This document shows positions 32,517-42,050 of a stretch of 64,000 nt of DNA, one piece after another. Source of the stretch: an uncultured Chloroflexia bacterium (GTDB taxonomy: Bacteria > Chloroflexota > Limnocylindria > Limnocylindrales > CSP1-4); NCBI GenBank assembly GCA_963707215.1, contig CAVPPB010000002.1:256001-320000 (forward strand), written 5' to 3'. Made by a program: the position numbers and the translations under genes. Positions within the stretch are counted from its first letter, which is position 1; each line of letters opens with the position of its first letter. Below the pieces are notes generated by a model. The model had not been told where the DNA came from. It ran no database searches and saw nothing but the letters and a program-made list of their open reading frames with translations.

Positions 32517-34239
32517 TCAGCCGGTCGCCAGGAGCGCCGGACGGACCCGGCCCCAGTCGTTCCAGACCGCGGTCAGACCCTCGGCACGGCGGCCCAGCAG
32601 GTCCACCATCTCGCCGAGCCCAAGGTCGCCAGCGGCCTCGATCAGGTAGTCGTCGGCGGCGACGCGGCAGCCGGCGAACAGGTCCGGCATCTCGCGCCTC
32701 CGTCGGCCAGATCCGGATGCGCATCGGGTCCTGGCCCGCGTAGCCCACCGCGAGCGAGAGGTCGCGCTGGCTGGGCACCCGACCATCCACGAATGCGCCG
32801 AGCCCATCGAAGCGGAAACCGAGGGACGCGAGGGCGGCGGCGATCTCGCGGCGCTCGGCCCCGGTGAACATGCCCCAGAACGGATGATCGTCCGGGAGGT
32901 CGAGCAGCGACGCGTCGATGGCCGAGGCCATGATGGCGTCGACCAGACCCGAAAGCGCCAGCTGCCAATCCCTCCGAGCCTCCTGGTCCTCGCCCGCGAG
33001 CTCGGCCACGAGGTCGCTCATCGCCCGGTCGTCCCCCCGAAGGAGCCGAAGGATGCGCGGCGACCCCGCCCCTGCGATCGTCTGCTCCAGCTCCGGCCGG
33101 TCCTCCGGGTAGTCGCCCAGACGCGGCACCGCGACCGGGACCTCGGCGGCCTGGCGGGCCACGGCTTCCCGGCAATCGGCCACCGCCTGCCGAGCCGTGA
33201 GGCAGGCGTCAGCCGCCGACTCGGCCGCGATCCGGGCCGCGTCCGCCTCGACCGTTCGGCGCTCCAGCGTCCCGGCCAGCTCGGCTGCCAGGCCTCGCTC
33301 GCGCTCGATGTCGACCGCGGCCCGCCGTGCCTCCGCGTTGATCCGGTTCACCTCCTCGAGCCAGCCGGCGGCGGCCGCGTCGAGCTCGTCCCGATCAGTC
33401 GCGCCGTCGCGAGCGGCTCGGAAGCGGACGTGGGCCTCTTCCTTGGCCGCCCGGATGAGCCGCGGGTCGGTCCGTCGCTCGGCTTCCTCGGCCCGGACGA
33501 GGTGCTCGTCGTAGGCGCGCCGCGTTTCGCCGAGCGTGGCCGCGGCAGCCTCCGCCGTAGCGCGTGCCCGCTCGGCGACCGAGCAGCGATCCTCGGCGAC
33601 CGCGATCAGCGTGCCACAGGGGTCATCTGACGAGGTCACGTCCTGTCCCTGGGCCGTCGAGGCGTCCCCGGTCGGTACGGGCCAGGCGGAGGCGGCGACC
33701 GGGTCAGCCGCGGCGAGCGCCGTCGCGGCCCCGCCCTGCTCCGTCGCGCTCGCGATCGCCGCACCGGTGCCAGTGAGTGAGGGATCCTCGCTCCACGATG
33801 GCCCGGCCATCGGGACGGGCGACTCGCCCAGCGCGGCTGCGGCCGATCGGGCACCGACGGGATCGGCCACGACGGGAACCGCGACCCATGGGCGACCCTC
33901 CAGCAACGGAACGGGTGTTCGAGACCGCGCGCCCCCGGACGTCGTCGCGACGGCTCCAGCCACGGCGAGCGGCAGGCCCAGCGGCGCACGGGGCGGTGGC
34001 ATCGAGCGGTCCAGCTCGCGTCGATCGGCCGGCCCGCCCCGGGCCGGGCCCTCCACCGCGGCCGCGAAGGGATCGTTGGCGAGCGTGACCCCGCGCCGGG
34101 GCACGCTGTCGGGGGCGACGGTCACCCGCACCTCGCGGGGCGGCAGCGGCCGCGTCCGGTAGACGGCGACGAAGGCCGCGCCGGATGCCACGCCGAGGAC
34201 CAGGCCCAGCGCCAGGAAGGCGAACTCGCCCGCGGTCAC
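32517..34239 (-). CDS. Hypothetical membrane-anchored coiled-coil protein; apparent +1 frameshift near 32697
   Basis: GGAGG RBS, N-terminal TM, Ala/Glu/Arg coiled-coil region; the C-terminus (EMPDLF..PALLATG*) is in a shifted frame. Confidence 0.65.
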
Positions 34240-34511
34240 CGCCGTCGTCCTCCTCTCGCGCCCGGCGACGGGCACCGACCCATCTCCGGACGACCACGAC
34301 CTGCGGCGGAGCGTAGCTGCGCCCGGCGGGGGGGTCAACCCGGACGACGGTCACCAGCTTGGGCCCGATGGTCGGAGGTGCGAACGCGCACCGCCGCGCT
34401 GCGCTTTTGCGCCACGCCTGAGCCGGGTGGTAGATTCGGCCCCGCGTCCCGCCGTCCCTTCCTGCCCCGAGCCTGTCCACTCACGAGCCTCGACGAGGAA
34501 AGGCACGCCTG

Positions 34512-36347
34512 TTGGCCATCGACCCGAACCAGGAGTTCCTCGTCCAGCCGGTCGACGCCTCCTGGCTCCAGTGCAACATCGAGTGCCAGGAAGCCTGCCC
34601 GGTGGGGACGAACTGCCGCGGCTACCTCAACCTGGCCGCCGAGGGGCGCTTCGAGGAGGGCTACATCCTCTCCCGGGAGCCGAACCCGGTCGCGGCGATG
34701 TGCTCGTACGTCTGCTCTGCCCCCTGCGAGCGAGCCTGCCGCCGCGGCGACATCGATCGGCCGCTGGCGATCCGGGCGATGAAGCGCTTCCTGGTCGAAT
34801 GGCACGAGGCGTCCGGCATCCCCGACGTCATGCCGGAGATCACGCCCCGCGACGAGCGGGTCGCCGTCATCGGCGCTGGGCCGGCTGGGCTGGCCGTCGC
34901 CCGGGAGCTCGGCGTCAAGGGCTACCAGGTCACGGTCTTCGACTCCCTCCCGTTCGGCGGCGGGACGATGCTCATCGGCGTCCCGGCGTTCCGGCTGCCG
35001 CGCGAGGCGATCGAGATGGACGTCCGCCTCGTCGAGCGGCTTGGGGTGACCTTCCGCTACAACACGACGATCGGTGCGGACGTCCCGTTCGAGGACCTCC
35101 AGCGCGATTTCGACGCCATCGCCATCACCGCCGGCGCCATGAACGCGGTCGTCCTCGACCTGCCCGGGGCCGAGCTCGAGGGCGTCCAGTACGGCGTCGA
35201 CTTCATGAAGAAGGCCAACCTGGGACAGGAGCTGACGGTCGGCAAGGACGTCGTCGTCATCGGCGGCGGCTACACCGCGATGGACTGCTCGCGGACGAGC
35301 CTCCGTCACGGTGCCGAGCGGGTGACGATCGCCTACCGGCGGACCCGGTCGGAGCTGGTGGTCGACGAGGAGGAGCTCGGCGAGACCGAGCGTGAGGGCG
35401 TCCGGATGGAGTTCCTCGCCAGCCCGGTCGAGATCCTCGGCGAGGACGGCCGGGTCACGGGTGTGAAGTTCGTCCGCAACCGGCTCGGCGAGCCGGATGC
35501 CTCGGGGCGGCGCTCGCCGGTCCCCATCGAGGGCTCCGAGTTCATCGTCCCGGCCGACACGGTCATCCCGGCCGTCTCCCAGGCGGCCGACCTGACCTTC
35601 CTGCCGGTCGAGTCGGACTTCGAGGTCGGTCGTGGCCGGGTCAAGGTCGATCCGGCGACCTACGCGACGAACGTCCGCGGCGTCTTCGCCTGTGGCGACT
35701 TCGTGACCGGCCCGACGACGCTCATCGAGGCGGCCGGGCACGGCAAGAAATGCGCCTACGCGATCGACCGTTACCTGGGCGCCCAGGCGGAGGTCGCCGT
35801 GGCCGCCAACGTCCGCATCACCAGCTCGTGGCGCCACGACATGCCCGAGTTCTACGACGTGCTGCCGCGACAGCACATCCCCATGGTCCCGCTCCAGGCT
35901 CGGATGCCCTCGACCGACCCGGAGGTCAACTTCACGACCCCGGTCGAGCTGGGCTACACGGCGACCCAGGCCGTCGCCGAGTCGACCCGCTGCCTGATGT
36001 GCAACTACAACATCTGGTTCGACCCCTTCCGCTGCGTCCTCTGCGGCGCCTGCGCGGACGTCTGCCCGGAGGGGGTCATCCACATGGTCGACATCAACCA
36101 GCTCAAGACCGAGGGCCTGCTGCCGGAGGTCGAGGAGGCCTACGGCTGGGAGAACGGCGCGGCGATGATCCTCGACGAGGAGCGCTGCATCCGCTGCGCA
36201 CTCTGCGTCAAGCGGTGCCCGTTCGACGCCATTACGATGGAGCGGTTCGAGCTGCAGGAAGTCTCGGACGACGGCCGGCTCTACAAGGAGTCGTACCGTG
36301 ACGCCCAGCTGGCCGGCTGGGCAGGCATCGCAGGAGGGGCCAGGTGA
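34512..36347 (+). CDS. NAD(P)H-dependent Fe-S flavoprotein (GltD/NfnB/DsrL-like) with C-terminal 2x[4Fe-4S] ferredoxin domain
   Basis: CQEACP and CSYVC..PCERACRR N-terminal clusters; GAGPAG (FAD); GGGYTAMD and YRR (NADP-type); RCLMC; CVLCGACADVCP; CIRCALCVKRCP. TTG start after GAGGAAAGG. Confidence 0.9.
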   Translation: MAIDPNQEFLVQPVDASWLQCNIECQEACPVGTNCRGYLNLAAEGRFEEGYILSREPNPVAAMCSYVCSAPCERACRRGDIDRPLAIRAMKRFLVEWHEASGIPDVMPEITPRDERVAVIGAGPAGLAVARELGVKGYQVTVFDSLPFGGGTMLIGVPAFRLPREAIEMDVRLVERLGVTFRYNTTIGADVPFEDLQRDFDAIAITAGAMNAVVLDLPGAELEGVQYGVDFMKKANLGQELTVGKDVVVIGGGYTAMDCSRTSLRHGAERVTIAYRRTRSELVVDEEELGETEREGVRMEFLASPVEILGEDGRVTGVKFVRNRLGEPDASGRRSPVPIEGSEFIVPADTVIPAVSQAADLTFLPVESDFEVGRGRVKVDPATYATNVRGVFACGDFVTGPTTLIEAAGHGKKCAYAIDRYLGAQAEVAVAANVRITSSWRHDMPEFYDVLPRQHIPMVPLQARMPSTDPEVNFTTPVELGYTATQAVAESTRCLMCNYNIWFDPFRCVLCGACADVCPEGVIHMVDINQLKTEGLLPEVEEAYGWENGAAMILDEERCIRCALCVKRCPFDAITMERFELQEVSDDGRLYKESYRDAQLAGWAGIAGGAR

Positions 36348-37072
36348 GTTTCCTCGAGCGGGTGGACCAGGGCATCCGCCGGAGCGCCGTGTGGCGCTCG
36401 TTGTTCCGCCAGCCGTACCCCAACGACGAGCGGTCGCGGGCGTACGCGGTCATGAACAACGTCTTCCTGCACATCCACCCGGTCCGGGTACGCCAGCACG
36501 CGGTGAAGTTCGCCTACACCTTCTGCCTGGGCGGGTTGTCGTTCTTCCTGTTCCTGGTCCTGACGGTGACCGGCGTCTACCTGATGTTCTACTACGTGCC
36601 GTCGGCGTCCCAGGCCTACGCGAACATCCTGGAGATCCAGAGCGAGGTGACCTTCGGGCTGCTGACCCGGAACATCCACCGCTGGGCCGCCCACCTGATG
36701 GTCTTCTTCGTCTTCCTGCACATGATGCGGGTCTTCTACCACGGGGCCTACAAGCCGCCCCGCGAGTTCAACTGGGTCGTCGGCGTCGTCCTGCTGTTCC
36801 TGACGATCATGCTGAGCTTCACCGGCTATCTCCTGCCGTGGGACCAGATCGCCTACTGGGCCATCACCATCGGCGGCAACATGGCCGGCTACGCCCCGCT
36901 CTTCAACACGCCCTCCAAGCTGCTCCTGCTGGGCAGCCTGGAGGTCAGCCAGAACACCCTGCTCCGCTTCTACGTGCTCCACATCATGGTCTTCCCGCTC
37001 GTCGCAGCCGTCTTCCTCGCGGTCCACTTCTGGCGGATCCGCAAGGACGGCGGGATCAGCGGCCCGCTGTGA
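36344..37072 (+). CDS. petB: Cytochrome b6-type subunit of Rieske/cyt b complex
   Basis: TFCLGG (heme ci Cys), IHRW..LHMMR, TGYLLPWDQ, LH-x14-H in helix D, C-terminal GISGPL. Confidence 0.92.
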   Translation: MSFLERVDQGIRRSAVWRSLFRQPYPNDERSRAYAVMNNVFLHIHPVRVRQHAVKFAYTFCLGGLSFFLFLVLTVTGVYLMFYYVPSASQAYANILEIQSEVTFGLLTRNIHRWAAHLMVFFVFLHMMRVFYHGAYKPPREFNWVVGVVLLFLTIMLSFTGYLLPWDQIAYWAITIGGNMAGYAPLFNTPSKLLLLGSLEVSQNTLLRFYVLHIMVFPLVAAVFLAVHFWRIRKDGGISGPL

Positions 37073-37098
37073 TCGTCGCCAGGTAGCGGACGGATCCG

Positions 37099-37701
37099 AT
37101 GACCGACACCAAGTCCCCGCCCGAGCGCCGCGTCGTCCTCCCGGTCGATCCGACCAGGCGGACGGAGATCGACAAGCAGCGCGTGCCGATGGCGGCCCGC
37201 CCGTACCGGCTGCTCGCGCTCGTCAAGCAGGACGCCGTCGTCCGGGTCCAGAAGGAGCCCGACGACACGGTCATGACCTGGCCGCACCTGCTGACGATCG
37301 AGTTCCTGGCGGCGGCCATGATCAGCATCTTCCTGCTTCTCATGGGCCTCTTCATGAACGCCCCGCTCGAAGAGCTGGCGAACCCGAACGTGACGCCGGC
37401 GGTGGCCAAGGCCCCCTGGTACTTCCTGGGCCTCCAGGAGCTCCTGGCTTACTTCCACCCGACCGTCTCGGGCGTCCTGGCGCCGACGTTCGTGCTCGTG
37501 GGTGCCGCCCTGCTGCCGTACGTGGATCGGGGCAACGTGCTGGCCAACCGGCCGTCCGACCGCAAGACGGCGGTCGTGCTGTTCACCCTGCTCTGCATCC
37601 TTGGCCTGACGCTGACCTTCATCGGCGTCTTCTTCCGCGGCCCCGGCTACGCGTTCGCGATCCCATACGTGACCACGGCCGGCTTCCACTTCGCGCTGTG
37701 A
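37099..37701 (+). CDS. petD: Rieske/cyt b complex subunit IV (PetD/QcrC-like)
   Basis: TWPHLL, ANPNVTP..KAPWYF (PEWY position), LLPYVDR, 3 TM. Confidence 0.85.
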   Translation: MTDTKSPPERRVVLPVDPTRRTEIDKQRVPMAARPYRLLALVKQDAVVRVQKEPDDTVMTWPHLLTIEFLAAAMISIFLLLMGLFMNAPLEELANPNVTPAVAKAPWYFLGLQELLAYFHPTVSGVLAPTFVLVGAALLPYVDRGNVLANRPSDRKTAVVLFTLLCILGLTLTFIGVFFRGPGYAFAIPYVTTAGFHFAL

Positions 37702-37717
37702 GCCAACGAGACGTCCC

Positions 37718-38392
37718 ATGAGCAACTACCAGGTCGAACCAGCCAGCAAGCCCCAGGCCATCTCGAAGGAGGCCATCAAGGCGCTGCGCCAGGAGCAGGT
37801 CCAGGGCCTCTCGCGGCGCCAGATCCTGCGCGGCTCGATCGCCGGCGCGATGCTCCTCTGGATCGCCGAGGTGTCGGCCGGCTCGATCGGCTTCCTCTGG
37901 CCGAACCTGGCCGGCGGCTTCGGGGGGCGGGTCCGCATCGGTACCATCGACGACGTCAAGCTGGCCAACTCCGAGGTCCCGATCGAGGAGGGCTTCCCCG
38001 GCTACTACCCGGACGCCCGCGCCTACGTCGTCCTGGTCGACCCCGCCGTCCAGCAGTTCCTGCCCGGGACCAGCGAGGACGGCGACGGGACGGCGCTCAA
38101 CGTCCGGGGCCTCTACCAGCGCTGCCCGCATCTCGGCTGCCGGCCGAACCCGTGCGAGCGGAACTTCTGGATGGAGTGCCCCTGCCACGGCTCGCGTTTC
38201 GACCGCCTGGGCATCAAGGTCGCCGGCGAGCAGTACGGCCCGGCGCCGCGGAGCATGGACCGCTTCGCGAGCGAGGTCGACGGTGAGGGGGTCCTGACCC
38301 TCGACACCGGCCGGATCACCCTGGGGCCGCTGCCGATCGCTCTCGGCCAGCCCGGCGTCATCCCACCGAAGGCACCGACCGGATGCATCTGA
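37718..38392 (+). CDS. petC: Rieske [2Fe-2S] protein, Tat-exported
   Basis: SRRQILR Tat motif + TM, CPHLGC, CPCHGSRF, GPAPRSMD. Confidence 0.92.
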   Translation: MSNYQVEPASKPQAISKEAIKALRQEQVQGLSRRQILRGSIAGAMLLWIAEVSAGSIGFLWPNLAGGFGGRVRIGTIDDVKLANSEVPIEEGFPGYYPDARAYVVLVDPAVQQFLPGTSEDGDGTALNVRGLYQRCPHLGCRPNPCERNFWMECPCHGSRFDRLGIKVAGEQYGPAPRSMDRFASEVDGEGVLTLDTGRITLGPLPIALGQPGVIPPKAPTGCI

Positions 38393-38432
38393 CCGCCCGC
38401 CCGCCATCGACCGCCGACCTGCGAGGAGATCG

Positions 38433-39509
38433 ATGACCGATCAGCCCGGCCGCGAGCCGGAGCAGCGCCTGCCCGAGCGCCGACCGGAGGCCGAGCCGCC
38501 GAGCGCCGACCGGTTCACCGCGCCGCCTCAGGCGCACAGCTTCGAGCTGACGCCGGAGCGAGCGTCGCGCATCGTCCGGGCCTCCGGTGACTCCCGGCTC
38601 ATCGGCTTCCTCGCCGTCCTCGTCGTCGGGCTCTTCGTGATCGGCTACTACTTCTACGAGCTGGCGCCCTTCGGCCTGACCGAGAGCCGTCTGGACAGCG
38701 AGGCGGCGGCCCAGCAGGTCACCGCGGTCGAGCGGGGCTACAACATCTACCAGGCCAACTGCGCCCGCTGTCACGGCGTGGACGGCGAGGGCGGCATCGG
38801 CCCGGTCCTCAACCGCCAGGACAAGCTGTTCCAGCACCTCGACGAGGCGTACCTGCACACGATCCTGCTCGTCGGCGGGCGCTACGCCTGCGGCGACCCG
38901 AACAGCCTCATGCCCCTCTGGTCGAACGAGGGATCGCCGCCGGGACCGCTCAACTACGAGCAGATCAATGAGCTGATCGAGTTCATCCGGGCGTCCAAGG
39001 ACGAGACCTTCATCGTCCGGGATCCCGAGCTCTTCGAGCCGCTCATCGACCCCGCCACCGGCGAGCCCCGGACCTTCACCGGCTGGGTCGATCCGAACTA
39101 CACGCCGGAGCCGGGCGCGACCCCGTATCCGGATTGCTGGCAGGACGAGTTCGCGGCGCCGCCGCCCGCATCCCCGGGGGCCAGTCCCGAGCCGGGAGCG
39201 TCGGCGGCGCCATCGGAGGCGCCGGGTGACGGTGCCGTCCTCGACATCAGCGCCCAGAACATCGCCTTCGACACCGACACGCTGGAGGCTCCGGCTGACA
39301 CGGCCTTCCAGATCCGCTTCGCCAACAACGACGCCGGCATCCCCCACAACGTGGAGATCCTTGACGAGGCCCGGACGTCGATCTGGAAGGGCGACATCTT
39401 CAATGGCGTCGAGACCCGGGTCTACGACGTGCCGGCCCTGCCGGCGGGCACCTACACGTTCATCTGCACGGTGCATCCGAACATGGTGGGGACCCTCACG
39501 GTCAAGTAG
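38433..39509 (+). CDS. Membrane-anchored cytochrome c fused to a C-terminal cupredoxin (type 1 Cu) domain
   Basis: TM helix, CARCH, distal Met in SLMP, then PHNV...YTFICTVHPNMVG. Confidence 0.88.
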   Translation: MTDQPGREPEQRLPERRPEAEPPSADRFTAPPQAHSFELTPERASRIVRASGDSRLIGFLAVLVVGLFVIGYYFYELAPFGLTESRLDSEAAAQQVTAVERGYNIYQANCARCHGVDGEGGIGPVLNRQDKLFQHLDEAYLHTILLVGGRYACGDPNSLMPLWSNEGSPPGPLNYEQINELIEFIRASKDETFIVRDPELFEPLIDPATGEPRTFTGWVDPNYTPEPGATPYPDCWQDEFAAPPPASPGASPEPGASAAPSEAPGDGAVLDISAQNIAFDTDTLEAPADTAFQIRFANNDAGIPHNVEILDEARTSIWKGDIFNGVETRVYDVPALPAGTYTFICTVHPNMVGTLTVK

Positions 39510-39548
39510 CTCCGGGCCGCCTGGCGGCTCCGGTCGGGATGGAGGACG

Positions 39549-41021
39549 ATGGCCCAGCAGGCACTCGAGAGCGGGGCGACGCGGAAGCGGGTCTTCTTCG
39601 GCCTGCTCGACGCGGACAGCTGGTCATGGGCGGCGGTCAAGGCCGTCTTCTGGCTCATCGTCCTGATCATGATGCTCGGCTACATCCCCGACCGCGCCTA
39701 CTATTTCACGGTATTCAGCACGATCAGCATCGGGCTCGACCCGGCCCAGCCGCCGGCCAGCGCCGTCACGCCGGTCAACCTCTGCCCGGCCGAGAACGGC
39801 GACCTGCCCTGCCCCGTGCCGACCGGCGCGATGCTCCCGTGGGAGCCGTCGCCTGCCGAGGTCGCCCTGCCGGCCGGGCGGACCGACGGCGGGGTCGTCC
39901 AGCTGGGTAGCAAGCTCGTCTACGTCGGTGGGACCGACGGGGCTGGTCCCGTCGCCGACACCTACGTCGCCCGACTCGTCGACGGCAGCACCTTCGACGC
40001 CTGGGAGCCCGGGCCGGCGCTCCCGGAGCCCCGGGCCGGCGCGGCGGTCGTCGCCTTCGGCGGCTCGGCCTACGTCATCGGCGGCTCGGACGCCGGCGGC
40101 GAGCCGACGACGACGGTCTATCGGATGACGGTCGACCTCAACACGGGCGAACTCGGCGAGTGGACCCCCGTCGAGGAGCTCGCGCTGCCCGAGGCCCGGG
40201 CTCGAGCGGCCGTCGCGGTGGCCCCCGACGGCCTGATCCTCGTCGGCGGACAGACGGGCTCAGGCTCCGTGACGTCGGTCTGGAAGAGTGACCTCGATGG
40301 CGACGAGCTGGCTGCCTGGGCGCCGAACGCGGAGATGCCGGAGGCGCGCTACGACCACGGTGCGATCGTCATCGGCGACTACCTCTGGGTCTTCGGCGGC
40401 TCGGGAGCCGACGAGGCGCCGACGGCGACCGTCCTGCGCGGGACCGTGACCGTCCCCGAGGTTCCCGAGGGCTCGCCGCCCGGCGCGACCGCCGACCCGT
40501 CCTTCGTGAGCGACTGGGCGACGAACGCCGATGCGAACCTGCCGGTGGCGCGCACCAACGCGGCGACCTTCACGGCCAACGGGATCGTCTACCTGGTCGG
40601 CGGCAGCGACGGATCGGCCCCGAAGGGCGAGGTCTACTGGGGCGTGCCCGACGGCGACGGCGACATCGACTGGACGACGCTGACGGCGTCCGATCTCCCC
40701 GACCAGGGGCTGGTCGGGGCGGCCGGTGCGGTCTCGGGCTCGACGGCGTTCGTGATCGGGGGCGAGACCCAGGGCGGTGTGCTCGCGTCCTCGGCGCGGG
40801 CCAGCCTGGCGCCCGGCAACCCGTACCTCCAGGTCGGCCTCCTGGGGATCACGATCCCGGCCCTCGGGATCCAGGGCGAGATCGGCCAGCAGATCGGCTA
40901 CCTGAACGCGGCCGGGGTCGGCACGGTCAACTTCATCATCCTGCTCCTGATCGGCGTGGCCTTCGCCCATCCCGAGCGGACGAAGGGCCTGGCCCGGCGG
41001 GTCATCGGGGTCTTCCGCTAG
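39549..41021 (+). CDS. Kelch-repeat beta-propeller membrane protein
   Basis: Repeated YV.GG...W...LP..R motifs (about 6); N- and C-terminal TM helices. Confidence 0.8.
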   Translation: MAQQALESGATRKRVFFGLLDADSWSWAAVKAVFWLIVLIMMLGYIPDRAYYFTVFSTISIGLDPAQPPASAVTPVNLCPAENGDLPCPVPTGAMLPWEPSPAEVALPAGRTDGGVVQLGSKLVYVGGTDGAGPVADTYVARLVDGSTFDAWEPGPALPEPRAGAAVVAFGGSAYVIGGSDAGGEPTTTVYRMTVDLNTGELGEWTPVEELALPEARARAAVAVAPDGLILVGGQTGSGSVTSVWKSDLDGDELAAWAPNAEMPEARYDHGAIVIGDYLWVFGGSGADEAPTATVLRGTVTVPEVPEGSPPGATADPSFVSDWATNADANLPVARTNAATFTANGIVYLVGGSDGSAPKGEVYWGVPDGDGDIDWTTLTASDLPDQGLVGAAGAVSGSTAFVIGGETQGGVLASSARASLAPGNPYLQVGLLGITIPALGIQGEIGQQIGYLNAAGVGTVNFIILLLIGVAFAHPERTKGLARRVIGVFR

Positions 41022-41069
41022 GCGGCTTCCGGCCTGCCGGCCCTGCCGGCAGGGTGGTCGCCCGGCGCG

Positions 41070-41426
41070 TCAGGCCGGCAGGTCCCCCTCGCCCGGCCCC
41101 GGGATCCCGGTCGACACCGGCAGCCCGGCCTGGTACCAGGCCACGATGCCCCCGCTGACGTTGGCCACGCGGGGGTAGCCCTGGCGGAGCAGGTACTCGG
41201 TGGCCGAGGCGGACCGCGCACCACTCTTGCAGAGCATCAGCAGTGGCCGGTCGGCCGGCAGCTCGTTGCAGCGGGCGACGAACTCCGAGAGGGGCAGCAG
41301 GACCGACCCGGCGACACGGACCTGGGCGAACTCGTCGGGTTCCCGGACGTCCACGATCAGGGCGCCGCCATCCGCGTGCGTGCTGGCGTCCTGGACGGTG
41401 ACGAAGGGCAGCGACGTCGGATCCAT
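41070..41426 (-). CDS. Rhodanese-like domain protein
   Basis: IVDVREPDEF, CKSGARS, NVSGGIVAW. Confidence 0.88.
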   Translation of the reverse strand: MDPTSLPFVTVQDASTHADGGALIVDVREPDEFAQVRVAGSVLLPLSEFVARCNELPADRPLLMLCKSGARSASATEYLLRQGYPRVANVSGGIVAWYQAGLPVSTGIPGPGEGDLPA

Positions 41427-41457
41427 CGATCGGGCTCCTGCGGGTCGCTGGCCGTGG

Positions 41458-41910
41458 TCAGCCGAGCTCGGCAAGGGGGCGACGGCCGTCGTAGCCGTCG
41501 TCGTGATCGTGCCACCAGGCGATGTCGCCCTCCCCGAGTCGCCAGCAGAGCCAGACGGGGCGACCGGCGACGAGCGCCGGCAGGTCGACCAGGCCCGTGG
41601 GGATGTCCCGCAGGACGACCTCGACCTCGTCCAGGCGGGTGACGTCGGCCTGCATCTGGTCGATGAGCCCCTGCATCCGCAGGCGGATCCGACGGAGCTC
41701 GGGGTCCCTGGCGGCGAGGTCGGCGAGCGTCTCGTCGTCCAGCGCGCGGCCGGCCGGCGGCCCCGCGGCGGATTGGACCCCGGCGAGACGCTCGACGGCG
41801 AGATCGCGCAGCGCGACGAGCGCCTCGCGCTGGTCGCGCAGGCGCTCCAGGACCTCGCGAAGCTCGGCGATGCGGGCGTTGGCGTCGTCGATGGTGTAGT
41901 AGCGTGTCAC
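41458..41910 (-). CDS. DUF2203 family protein
   Basis: YTIDDANA, LRD..GLVDLP, WLCWRLGE..WWH..G..GRRPL; TACAAT 7 nt before GTG. Confidence 0.85.
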   Translation of the reverse strand: MTRYYTIDDANARIAELREVLERLRDQREALVALRDLAVERLAGVQSAAGPPAGRALDDETLADLAARDPELRRIRLRMQGLIDQMQADVTRLDEVEVVLRDIPTGLVDLPALVAGRPVWLCWRLGEGDIAWWHDHDDGYDGRRPLAELG

Positions 41911-42050
41911 GAGCAGGATTGTAGAGCCTCGATCCGGATGGTCCGTCGGGCAGGTCCTTCGGCGGCCACTGCTCGGACCCGGCCAGCCGTCACGGGCACC
42001 ACACAGCCCGGCCCGCTGGGGGCCCGGTCGGGTAGAGTCGCCACGGCGAC

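Noticed and set aside
34512-36347. Glutamate synthase small subunit or sulfur-metabolism DsrL
   Set aside because: No gltB or dsr genes are adjacent; the gene is coupled to cytochrome b instead.
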